Shown here one piece after another: positions 1 to 10,336 of a DNA stretch of 64,000 nt. Position 1 is the stretch's first letter; each line of letters opens with the position of its first letter. A program made the position numbers and the translations under genes. The notes under the pieces were generated by a model. That model was not told the origin of the DNA. It saw nothing but the letters and a program-made list of their open reading frames with translations, and did no database searches. Source of the stretch: Cirrosporium novae-zelandiae (Eukaryota); contig JAPETS010000026.1 in the NCBI GenBank assembly GCA_026023565.1, positions 62,001 through 126,000 of the forward strand, in the 5' to 3' direction.

Positions 1-856
1 AGTTTCTTGGGTCCATCAAAAGCATAGCATGGACCACGACCATTGGGTGCATAATAGTAGATTGCATCTTCCCTAGCAACAACAAGATCTCCGCTACTTT
101 TGTCAATGGTCATACAGCCAACACCACATCCAGAACTGTCTAATGTTTTGGCTGGCTGACCTTGGCCTCTTCCAGATATTATAAAAGTGAGGATACGTGA
201 TGTCGTGGCGATGTAAAGAGTCGTAATTACTCCCTGTCGAACCTCCAGCGCTGTGATAGGATCTTCGGATTCAAAAACCGTCCTTTGTTTTGTTCCTCTA
301 TCATGAATGAGGTCACCTCTGATGACTGTAACCGCACCGTTGGCAAAGCCCACTGCTACTTGGGAAAGATCTTGAAGCGCAACAAAGGAAGAAACCTAAC
401 CAAGTTACATTAGATGCCATTAAACAAGCATCGAATTTAATAGGCTTGACTGCTTACAGGAAATGGCTTCCGCCCATTTTGAACCAATAACCTTGAAAGG
501 CACTTTGGAGCCCCAGTCTTCTTCTCTGCCTTGTCTAAAGCCCAGACCTGTAGTACTGGTTCACTCGTGGATGACGATGTTATGGCAAGTTGTGCTTCAG
601 AAATAGTTATAAGAAAGGACGTGTCTTCAATCTGTTTCAGGTGTGTGATTGGTGCTTGCTCGCCGGTCTTAAAGGACCGTAACGCCTGGAAGGCCGGCGA
701 TAAGATGTGTACAATGCCATCAGAACCACCCAGAAATAAATTCTCGGGCCCAGCGCATATATTTGTCAATTCATTGTTCTCAAAGAGGGATTGGCTTTCC
801 TCCGCTGGCTTGATGGGCGAGAGGTCGAAGAAGTTGAAGCTTTTCCACTGGGACAT
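1..856 (-). CDS. VPS11: Vacuolar protein sorting protein 11 (CORVET/HOPS class C core), 5' portion; gene runs off the window start
   Basis: The N-terminus MSQWKSFNFFD...LFLGGSDGIVHIL...VLQVWALDKAEKKTGAPKCLS matches the fungal Vps11 beta-propeller start. There is an intron at 457..396 (GTAAGC...TTAG). Exon 2 continues VSSFVALQDLSQVAVGFANGAVTVIRGDLIHDRGTKQR. Confidence 0.9.
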
Positions 857-1541
857 TATTAGCTCTCAAGTTTCTTCTGGATGCACTTGAATGGTCTCAC
901 ACCGAAGTTAAAGCCATGAGCAACTTTCTCTCTGATCCTCACTAGAGCCAGCTGTTTATGATGTCGTAGGTAAGCTTGAACCGAAAGCTCCAAGTTGGGT
1001 TTAGTTGAGGCCTCGGGCCTACAGCTCATATCCGGAAGTTGTTCTCTCCGAGATGCCGATTATCGTCACGTTGCGATAGTTGCCCTAAACTATCCAACTC
1101 CATTTCCTTCTACAAAGTATTTCAATCTTCTACATAATCAAATTCCCCTGTGAATTATTTTTAGGCAATGGATACTTTGCTGGGAAGTCGATCTACTTTT
1201 TATGTGCCAAAGCGCTAATACCTAGGTATCTACTTTTGTGTGAATTCTGTAAGCGCGCGGCGCACAGACTAAATCCGCGGCACTAGGCGCAAGGCAGCCA
1301 ATTCAACACAACAGAGAGCTCAAAGTTAAGAACCTAGCTTCTGCATTTTGGGACTGTAATACTACAGCCAAATGTAATCTGGTTGAGGTATTTCAAATTC
1401 ATGGAAATTCAGTTCTAGTTGGATTGCTTCCCAATTTCTGCGTGTTTTTTCTTTAGGGATTTCATCTCACATACATCCAAATAGCAATGTCTTGCCCTTG
1501 ATAAGATTAAGAAGAATGAAGTTATAAACGAAAACTTCAAC

Positions 1542-2867
1542 ATGGAGATTTCGCTACCACATAATGACATGTTTGACTTGGACATGCTACGATCTCTCGA
1601 AATTAATAACAAGACTTCCAAAAGAGCTCAGCCTGGGAAATCACTAATATCCCAGAATAATCGGAAACTCAAGCGGCCTCAAAGGCCTTCCCCATTTCAT
1701 GTTGCTCTGTCTTCTGCTCTCTCAACCTTACCGCCGAATATATTTTCAGTACCTGAAATTACTGACTCGGCTTTTATATCTGACCCAACAACCCCTAAAT
1801 CCTATACTATATATTCTCCACTTCTTCTATTTCCTACCGGATCATTCTCCTCACCCCAATGGCAGCGTCTACTGAACTTCCTCAAAAGCGACAGGATAAG
1901 GAATAATGAGTTCTGGGAAGCTGTTGCAAAAGGAATGCGTGTAAGCCATCTGGCTATCAATGCCCCTATCCCTGTTGCAGACGCAGAAAGTCACATGGAC
2001 AACTATAAGCGCCTACCAATATCACTCCACCCTCTTTACGGTTTCTTCGGACCGCATTTGCCTGATTCACGCTTCCCATCCTCCGAAGATTTCAATCAAG
2101 CCTTCTGGGTTCATGCACGACAGAATGGGATATTTCAAACTTGGGCTCCAATATATACCATGTTCTCACGAGGAAATATTACCGAGAAGACCAGGATTCT
2201 CAAGGGTGAGCTCCCTGGTTTAGATCGAGGCAAGGATTTAGGAGAGACGGCAGCAGTAGATCTATATATTGGCATTGGATACTTTTCATTCTGCTATTTA
2301 AAAGCTGAAAAAGCGAACGTGACTAGGGTATGGGGATGGGAGGTTAGTCCATGGAGCGTTGAAGGATGTAAAAGAGGAGCAAAAGGCAACGGATGGAGGT
2401 GTCAAATTGTTTCCCATTCAGACTCCAATGTCGAGATGCCTAAACCCACTTCCAGCAAAGAAAAAGAGAACAAGGAGAAGGAGCCAGAGATTGTGATTTT
2501 TCATGAAGACAACAAATATGCGGCGGAAAGAATTACGGCTCTAAGGATAATGGTAAAAGAAGGAGGAGGATACTGGCGTCCTATCCGACATGTGAACTGT
2601 GGACTGCTCCCCACTAGCCGTGGAAGCTGGGAGACTGCGGTGAAAGTGTTGGATGATGAACTAGGTGGATGGGTTCATGCACACGAAAATGTTGGGGTCA
2701 ACGAAGTAGAAATCCAGAAAGATGAGGTACAAAAGGCATTTGAAGGGCTAGCCGGTCCAGATAGAGAAGTGGAAGTGGTTGGGGGTGTAAAGGTCAAAGG
2801 ATGGGCTCCAGGTGTGCTCCACTGGGTTTGGGATATTTCCATTTCAGGACGGAAATGCAAAACATGA
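1542..2867 (+). CDS. TYW2: tRNA wybutosine-synthesizing protein 2 (TYW2/Trm12-like SAM-dependent transferase); start codon uncertain
   Basis: The motifs QNGIFQTWAPIYTMFSRGNITEKTRI, VDLYIGIGYFSFCY, HVNCGLLPTS, GWVHAHENV and VKGWAPGVLHWVWDI are characteristic of fungal Tyw2. Confidence 0.88.
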   Translation: MEISLPHNDMFDLDMLRSLEINNKTSKRAQPGKSLISQNNRKLKRPQRPSPFHVALSSALSTLPPNIFSVPEITDSAFISDPTTPKSYTIYSPLLLFPTGSFSSPQWQRLLNFLKSDRIRNNEFWEAVAKGMRVSHLAINAPIPVADAESHMDNYKRLPISLHPLYGFFGPHLPDSRFPSSEDFNQAFWVHARQNGIFQTWAPIYTMFSRGNITEKTRILKGELPGLDRGKDLGETAAVDLYIGIGYFSFCYLKAEKANVTRVWGWEVSPWSVEGCKRGAKGNGWRCQIVSHSDSNVEMPKPTSSKEKENKEKEPEIVIFHEDNKYAAERITALRIMVKEGGGYWRPIRHVNCGLLPTSRGSWETAVKVLDDELGGWVHAHENVGVNEVEIQKDEVQKAFEGLAGPDREVEVVGGVKVKGWAPGVLHWVWDISISGRKCKT

Positions 2868-3797
2868 GGTCCTTCATGTATCAGACTACCGAAAAGATCT
2901 CAAAAATTATGATAATGCGGGACGAAGTGAATATAGAAGCTAGTGCGGCAAGGGACCGAACTCGGAGAAACAATAGAGAAGCAGGTCCATTCAGCTGAAT
3001 TCCGAGATGCCACTGTGAACTTTAAGACCTGAAGATGGTATACATTATCTGAACATTGCGCGAAAAATTTTCCTGGATTGAAATGATCAGAAAGCTTGTG
3101 CTCTTTCAGCGTTGTTGTGCTATGAATCGATTCAAGATCCTGACTAAATCTCGGGTACGACAAAATACTAAGTTATACAACCTAAAACATTAGGTAACTT
3201 CCGTTGAAATCGAACTTGGAGTCGTACTTGGATACAAGTTCTATCATTTAGAAGGGATAATCTGATATGGTTATGTCACACCGAACTGAATAATGAAGCA
3301 GCATACTGCGAATCCAATCTCGAATTTGCCGAAATTAGGGGCGGATACCTTTCAATTTTTGTGTGACTTCTAATGTGATCTAAGCAAAGGTTTCAAGCTC
3401 GCCACTGTGACTTGGCTGTTATTCTCCAGAGTTTCAGGATCGAATTTCCTGTTATTGTGAACCCATATCCCTGGGGAAATCTCTTGTGCTCCTCTCAACT
3501 CCTCTACTAGGAATTTTCAATTGTATCCCTATGTTCATCGTCACACTCCTCCTGATACTATGTTGAACATGTTAGATACATGGAAATATCATCGTACATA
3601 TCGTAATCCTTGTGCAATCAAGTCTCATGCCCAGCTAGCATTTTCAAAAAGAATATATCGCGAGAGCCCCTTTTTCTTGTCCAACTTCATCTCTTTATAA
3701 TATAAAAACAACCCTCTCTCTGTCAAGTTCATAACTATTCCACGCAGCTGGTCCTGGAACAAACAATCGTTCTCTCTTGTTCTTGACATAATTCAAA

Positions 3798-4633
3798 ATG
3801 AAGTTCACTCATTTTATCGCCCCGGCATCCTTGTTCCTAAACTCCGCCTTAGCTACAGGTGATGCATCATACTTTGAGCAAGCTATATCATACCTTTCCA
3901 TTGGTATCCAGACTGCTCAAGAGATTGCTGATGGAACGCTGCCTGGTATTGCGATGGTAAGTTCTCGTTCCTATAGTCTTCTAGCCCGTGAGATGTGAAG
4001 TTAATATCAATGCTTGATAGGGCCTACCAGTCACAGTCGCGTATATCTTATTAAACGATATAGAGATGTCCTATGATGATATCCAGAATAAGACGCATTC
4101 AGAGGTAAGTACTCATCTATCCCCTATTCCATCTACGAAGCATGCTAATACATCACAGATCACACCAAGTTGCCGCGGCGTCTTTAATGCCTTTGAAAAA
4201 GTACGTTCCTTGAGTCAACCTTCTTCCCCTTGAATTTGAAATCTATTAACACAATTGGCAGGTTGTCCAACTCGACACCCAATTATTCCCTGCGCTATCA
4301 GCCCTTTCATGCCTGCCTGATATGAGTTCGGAGCGTTCGAATCTGCTACTGGTCCTTGAGGTCCTTTGGTATGCTTTCAAGGTTAGTCGACATCTTCCTA
4401 TATGGTTCAAGTTCTAGGCTTCTCCAATGTCTTCATCCTCCGCGTCATTTGTCACTCGTTTGCTAGCATCGTTAACTCGATGTCCCTAGGGATTCGGTGA
4501 TAAATTTAAGGAAATCTGCCCCGAGTGCAAGAACGCGACCGAGACGGTGGAAAAATATAATTTCGACGCCTTGAGCTCTGTATTGTCTGCATATTCAACG
4601 AACTGCACTACTACTACTACTACTGGACAGTGA
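3798..4633 (+). CDS. Small secreted protein of unknown function, 5 exons
   Basis: It begins with a signal peptide, MKFTHFIAPASLFLNSALA. Canonical introns at about 3957-4020, 4105-4158, 4201-4261 and 4382-4489 join in one frame, ending ...EICPECKNATETVEKYNFDALSSVLSAYSTNCTTTTTTGQ*. Confidence 0.7.
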
Positions 4634-5278
4634 GGCAATAGATAACGGAACAGGAGATGTTTGGAAGGGATGAGACTGGAATATCTTTTCTTCTTACACA
4701 TGCGCGCCTAGACTAAGGCTAGCTTTATTATCATACCTTTTGATGTTGATCCTAAAGGACAGGCGAGTTTTTCGTCGATAAAATTATATCAACGATCTTG
4801 GAAAACTTATTTTCAGCTTTATAACACTGAGATGTCGTCAATGTCTGCCTAATGAAGAAGTCATTTTTAAAAAGAAACAAGGTTGTTAATTAGAGAACAA
4901 GAGGTAACATTCCTGTACTTTTCCTCTACCGTTGCCAAAGCAATACGCTGTAAAGGAGTTTTAGAGGAGCCACAGAGCTTACCTTGTTTAGAGTGCGGCT
5001 GTCTTCCTAGCTGGAGGAGCTTACAATATCACGCCTAGTCGATATGCCTTGTTTGGTAAATTTAATGCCTTGATAGCTCTGTGGATGAGAGAAAGTAAAC
5101 AATCAATAACTCCCGAAAGATATTGTTATAACTCATCAATCTAATAATACTAACAAGTTTAATATATAGATCGGATATGTACCTGGAATCATAATTTCTA
5201 TAAGTTTATCTCTTGATGCATCATATCATGCTGCCCAGCAGACCGTTGTATTAACATAAAAATTCATAGACCAAATCT

Positions 5279-6047
5279 TTATCCTGTTTTCCGAAATTTC
5301 ATTGGAATATTTGACATGATAATAGGCATACGATCCATCCATTGGAGTCGCTCCTCTGCATCAGCCTCCATGTCATGCTTCTTGAAATGGGCAATGTCTT
5401 CGGGGTGATTTAGATCTTCTTCTTTGGTGTCTGGACCGTCGTTAGTAAGGAGTAATATGGAAGGCAATGGCTAGATGTCCGTACTCTCGTCATGGTACTG
5501 TTCAAAGTGATGGATCTCATACTCATATTCGTCATCACCATGGTGACCTGGCCCGAACTAAGGACAGAACTATTAACACATGGCTATCAAAAATCACGAT
5601 TAACATACCCCAAAATCAGGTAACTTCACACCCTCTCTGCTCAATTGGAGAAATTCGTCACGACCAATCATGCCATTATAATCCTGATCAAAGATCTTGA
5701 ACACATCCATGACTGCTTTGTCTTTTGCTTCGGTTGAATGGTCCTTTAGAGATTCATCATCCAAACCATACATTCGACGAACTTCCTCGGGGGTCCAAAA
5801 GCCGGATGAATCGAAGTCGTGGAGAGAAAAGAAAGCACCTGGATCAAAATTGTCGACATGATGCTCAGCTAAAGTTGAGAAATCAGTAATCTGGAAAATC
5901 AAAGGTTTGTTGTCGAGAATGCCAGATCGCACCTGCCATGTGTCTTGTTGCCCAATCAGAACCCTCAGCTATTGGTGCTTGACCTCCATGGGCTCTCGCA
6001 AGCACTATGAAAGAAAGGATAAGCAGAGTAGAATATGACAGCAGCAT
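5279..6047 (-). CDS. SSP120: Secretory pathway EF-hand protein Ssp120
   Basis: A signal peptide is followed by DWATRHMA|EHHVDNFDPGAFFSLHDFDSSGFW, an EF-hand (DQDYNGMIGRDEF), GPGHHGDDEYEYEIHHFEQYH, and LNHPEDIAHFKKHD...NIPMKFRK. Three introns. Confidence 0.88.
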
Positions 6048-6424
6048 GGTGGCAAGCAATGAGGGATGAAGGATCAAGACCTGAGAAAGAAAGTCAAGAT
6101 TGACAGGTCATTAACGTAAATATGATGCCAAAAAAGGAGCTTCAAGGTACCTAATCTCAGTCTAACTAAAAGAGGTTAAGCAATCAAGATATGAGTAGTT
6201 CGGGCTAAGCCGGTTATAATCATATCTGATCATACTTGGCCCGAGCTGTCCCGAAGAGAGCCAACCTTGTCAGCTTCCTTGCTTTCCCGCTTCAACCAAA
6301 CCCACCCAATCAATTGACTGATGCTAACGTACTGTGATTTAGAGTACCAAGTACACAGTAATTGACTCTTAAATTCACTTAATTCACCTTCATACTTTCT
6401 CCCCTCTATCGCTATGAATATATA

Positions 6425-8614
6425 ATGCAGACCATCTGGTCTCGAGTTGCACAGTCAAGCGCTTCTTGCCAGTGCCCCTCCCGTAATTTGGCCGCCGGTG
6501 CCCTCACACGCCATAAGACTACTACCACCGGCTGTCGCCGTATAAAATTTGCCGATGCTGTCACTCTCTTCTACACGTCGATATTTGGTATTGCAGCGAT
6601 AGCGGATGCTCAATTGAAAGATGATCGTCGGGATGATTGGGACAAGAAAATCGCTGCCGTCAAGGAAGATATTCAAGCTTCCAAGGAACGGACAGCAGAA
6701 CTACTTAAATCCAGAGCTTCCGAATCCGACTCCCAAAAAAGTCTTACCGTAAATTTGTCTTTAAGTTCTCACCTTTTGAACTCGGGCCTATCTCAAAACG
6801 CTCTACAATTACTGGACGACTCAGGAATAACCCAGTTTCGGAAATCTTTACGAAATGACGATTCTGAACTCATGACCCGGTGGCAGGAGACTTTGCACGC
6901 TCTTTCTGAAATTAAACCGGAAAAATATGAAAAGGAGGGACAAGAGATCTTGGAAGGCGAGGTTGAAGGTTCTCCTAGTAATAACGAATTACAATATGGT
7001 GTAATAGAAGCTGGTACCGAAGCCACCCAGCACGCGAGTCAGGGCCCTTCCTCCACTGAGAACAGTTATTTAATGGCTGAACATCATCGACCTCTTCGAG
7101 TGCGTTTGGTTAGGTCATCACAAGATAGGCGAAGAGAAAAGTCGGTATTCTACTTACGATCAGGAGGTGCTTCAAAGCCAGAACATCAGCGCGATGGAAA
7201 TATATCGAAATGGCATGAAAAGTCCAAAGTTTTCGAAACAGGTCTGGGACCTGATGCAGCGCCTTCCATACTAGATATCTCCAATGAAATGATCTTCCCC
7301 GAAGATCGAAAAGATATTGATGAAATAGCTGTCAAGAAGAATACGATTCTAGGCCAGACAGATACATCTACCAGGCAAACTGTGAAAGGTTTGGTGACAG
7401 CTAAGATGGTCGTCAAGCTTCTATTACTATTGGACCGACCTCAAAAGCCATACGAACCCCCTTATCGTTTTTATGATCGGCCCCCTGTCTTAAAGCAGCG
7501 GCCTCTCTATTTGGAAGAACGAGAAGTGCTTGTATTACGACTCAAATACTTTAATAAATTGCTATATAAGCAAAATAAGGTTGGCCTGAACAATGAAGCT
7601 CGGAGACTCTTGGGTAGCTATCGCCCCACTTATCAATTCCTGCCTCAAAATGCGAGGCGCGAGAAATTGAGAGAACTAAATACCTCCCTCCGGGAAGTAT
7701 TCAAGGAATTCAATCTCCGCCCTGGAACCGTTGAAGACTTGTTACTTCAAATCTGCTCTTTATTGTTGGAAAGCAAGGTCGCTCCGTCTAGGAGCACGCT
7801 TAGGATATTGCTACAGAACCTTCGTATGCTCAGACTGAATGCAATGGTCCATGTTGTCCAAGAAACTATCCTGGAGCTTGGCTGGAAGTATGATAATTGC
7901 CTTGCGGGCACACTGTTACGTTTCTACATCAAGACAAACAACAAGTCTGCGTTTGACGGTTGCCTGCAACTGCTCAAAGACAACGAATTTGCTGATGAAC
8001 CATGGGTTGAGACTGAAGTTGGCAACATTCCTCTCGTGGTTCCCCCAAAGCATGATGGCTCCTTCGCTGGCAATGGCATATTTGGCGCCTTGATCGAAGG
8101 AATGCTAAAATTTGGCCATCCCCAGAAGGCTGTTGCTCTTTTTAATATTATGCTCCAGCGTGGGGTGGAACCAGGGAGACCATTACTTGTCCTGTTTCTC
8201 AAGTATTCTGCCTGCAGTCAGTTGTGGAGGTGGGGCCAAGACCTTTGTGCCCAGATAAATAGATTTAAACATGCACATAATGCCCATACCTATTATTGGA
8301 TGTTATGGTTGTGTTATCACTGCAGACAATGGGGCGAGTACGAGCGGATATTAGAAGAAGCTATCGAGTCTCGTGTGCACCCAAGGGATCTTAAATTTTT
8401 CGTCTCCGATGACGCATGGACGAATGTGTCTGTTCTCAAAGAGTGGAAAGAAGCTATGGAGGCCGAACCGGTACTAAGAGCCAAACTTAGGAGAGCAAGA
8501 AACGTCAAGAGGACACGAGATACCGAGCAAAGACGGATTGGGCATCTAAGACTTGGATTATCGGAATTCCCTCCAGTTCATACCTCGCTCAGCTTATCGG
8601 TTCTTGCCGTCTGA
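6425..8614 (+). CDS. Probable mitochondrial pentatricopeptide-repeat-like protein
   Basis: A 729-aa intronless ORF with a basic/hydroxylated N-terminus. The C-terminal half has PPR-like helical repeats (IFGALIEGMLKFGHPQKAVALFNIMLQRGVEP; TYYWMLWLCYHCRQWGEYERILEEA). Confidence 0.65.
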   Translation: MQTIWSRVAQSSASCQCPSRNLAAGALTRHKTTTTGCRRIKFADAVTLFYTSIFGIAAIADAQLKDDRRDDWDKKIAAVKEDIQASKERTAELLKSRASESDSQKSLTVNLSLSSHLLNSGLSQNALQLLDDSGITQFRKSLRNDDSELMTRWQETLHALSEIKPEKYEKEGQEILEGEVEGSPSNNELQYGVIEAGTEATQHASQGPSSTENSYLMAEHHRPLRVRLVRSSQDRRREKSVFYLRSGGASKPEHQRDGNISKWHEKSKVFETGLGPDAAPSILDISNEMIFPEDRKDIDEIAVKKNTILGQTDTSTRQTVKGLVTAKMVVKLLLLLDRPQKPYEPPYRFYDRPPVLKQRPLYLEEREVLVLRLKYFNKLLYKQNKVGLNNEARRLLGSYRPTYQFLPQNARREKLRELNTSLREVFKEFNLRPGTVEDLLLQICSLLLESKVAPSRSTLRILLQNLRMLRLNAMVHVVQETILELGWKYDNCLAGTLLRFYIKTNNKSAFDGCLQLLKDNEFADEPWVETEVGNIPLVVPPKHDGSFAGNGIFGALIEGMLKFGHPQKAVALFNIMLQRGVEPGRPLLVLFLKYSACSQLWRWGQDLCAQINRFKHAHNAHTYYWMLWLCYHCRQWGEYERILEEAIESRVHPRDLKFFVSDDAWTNVSVLKEWKEAMEAEPVLRAKLRRARNVKRTRDTEQRRIGHLRLGLSEFPPVHTSLSLSVLAV

Positions 8615-8975
8615 TGAATTCATTGTGAATGTCACTAGGATGGCGAATTAGGAATTTGATGGCCTGGGGCTATCATTGTAGATACCAAGCTGGGCTCATG
8701 ATGGTGTATATATGTGATTGGAGCCGTAACATATGATACCCAAATTATTTGATGATTGTAATTTCTCATTACCTTGGCGTTTCCCTCTAGCTTTCTAATC
8801 TCATAACTACAAGTAACTAGGCAGGCAGGCAGGTAGGTAGGTAGGCAGATAATCCCCAAATAATCATCCACAACATCCCACATCATAAACCGCACGGAAG
8901 ATCCCGCAACAATTTAACTCGGCCGAGAGACCACCTCCGTCCAATTGATAAACCTCCAAAATATTATCACTGTGA

Positions 8976-10018
8976 ATGTCCAGCTCAGTAGCTCATTCAC
9001 AAACCCCTAGGACTGCAATAAACCCAATTTCCAAAACTCTTCCGCAATCAATTGAATATAAATCTCCTCTCTACGCAAGGATGCCGCGTCCGAATCAGCC
9101 CCTCAAGCCGCTGCTGAAACGGTGGATGAGGCCGGACATCACGGACGTTTCGAGGAGAACGCAGATTTTCCTGTAAGTTGTGAATGAATATGATGGTAGA
9201 TGGAAGCCCCCCTCCCTACCCTCGCAATCATTCATGCTTCAAATCTAGCAGACCCAGCTACTTTTTGCCATTATACACGCCCTTTTTCATCCTTATCTCT
9301 TTCTCATTCTTCTTACAACTAACAACCAACCTAATCTATCTATCTATCCATCCATCCAAACCCACCCCACTCAAAAATCAAGAAAGCTAATCCCAATCCC
9401 ACCACCAAAAGACCCAGCTTCCGCCTAACCTTCATCCGCACACCATTGCACCCCCCCAACCTCGCCACCTTCCGCACGCCACTTTTCTTCTCGAAGCTCG
9501 ACCTCCGCGATTACCTCTTCCGAGTGTACAACGTCAAGATCGGGCGATCAATCCGGTCTTGGGTACGGCAGCTAAAGATAGTCCAAGGCCCCAGCAGGCT
9601 GCGATCTCGGCGCGAACGGATACGGCTGCCGCAGTCGCAAAAATACATGACGGTGGAGCTGGAAAAGCCGTTTGTGTGGCCCAAGGATATCGTCAAGGAG
9701 AACGATGAGGAGGAGCTGGCAGGTTTCGATAAGAAGCAGTTTGATGCGTTTCAGCAGTCGAAGGCCGGGATGGATCGTAGCAGGAACGAACGGCTTCTGG
9801 CGGAGAGGCCGGTTCAAGGGAGGAGGGAGGCATTGAGGGAGATGGCGGAGAGGCTGAGGAAGGGCGAGGAGACCTGGAAACCGGCGTCTGAGTTTTTTAA
9901 CTATGCGCCCGAGCCTACGGAGGAGGGGGAGGGGATACTGGATGTCAAGGGAGATAAGACAACGGTGGAAGAGGATATACTAAATGTCAAGGGAGATAAG
10001 ACGACGGTGGAGAGATGA
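8976..10018 (+). CDS. MRP20: Mitochondrial ribosomal protein uL23m (Mrp20-like)
   Basis: Exon 1 ends TQIFL|GTAAGT, with an intron at about 9173-9411. Exon 2 reads PSFRLTFIRTP...ATFRTPLFFSKLDLRDYLFRVYNV...KYMTVELEKPFVWP, the fungal L23 signature. Confidence 0.85.
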
Positions 10019-10336
10019 ATACCGAGACTTTAAAAGGTGATTGATACTGTATAATAGTTTTGTCCAGGGTACAATATTTCCAAGGGTTTCAAATCGCAAC
10101 TGTGTGCCACTACACGCTGGATACGGTAATATAGTTATGAGTAAAAGGAGCGTTAAATACTTATATATAATATAGACAGCCATAGAAGGAAGGTTCTAAA
10201 AAGATAACAAAGAAAGGAGCGTAAACAGTAGCCAGGACGTCGCTCGCTCAATCGCTCAAATAGTCAAATTAGGAATCCAAACACCGGGATTTGCATTTTC
10301 TTCTCTTCCTCCTCCATTCTTCTCCCATATCATTCT

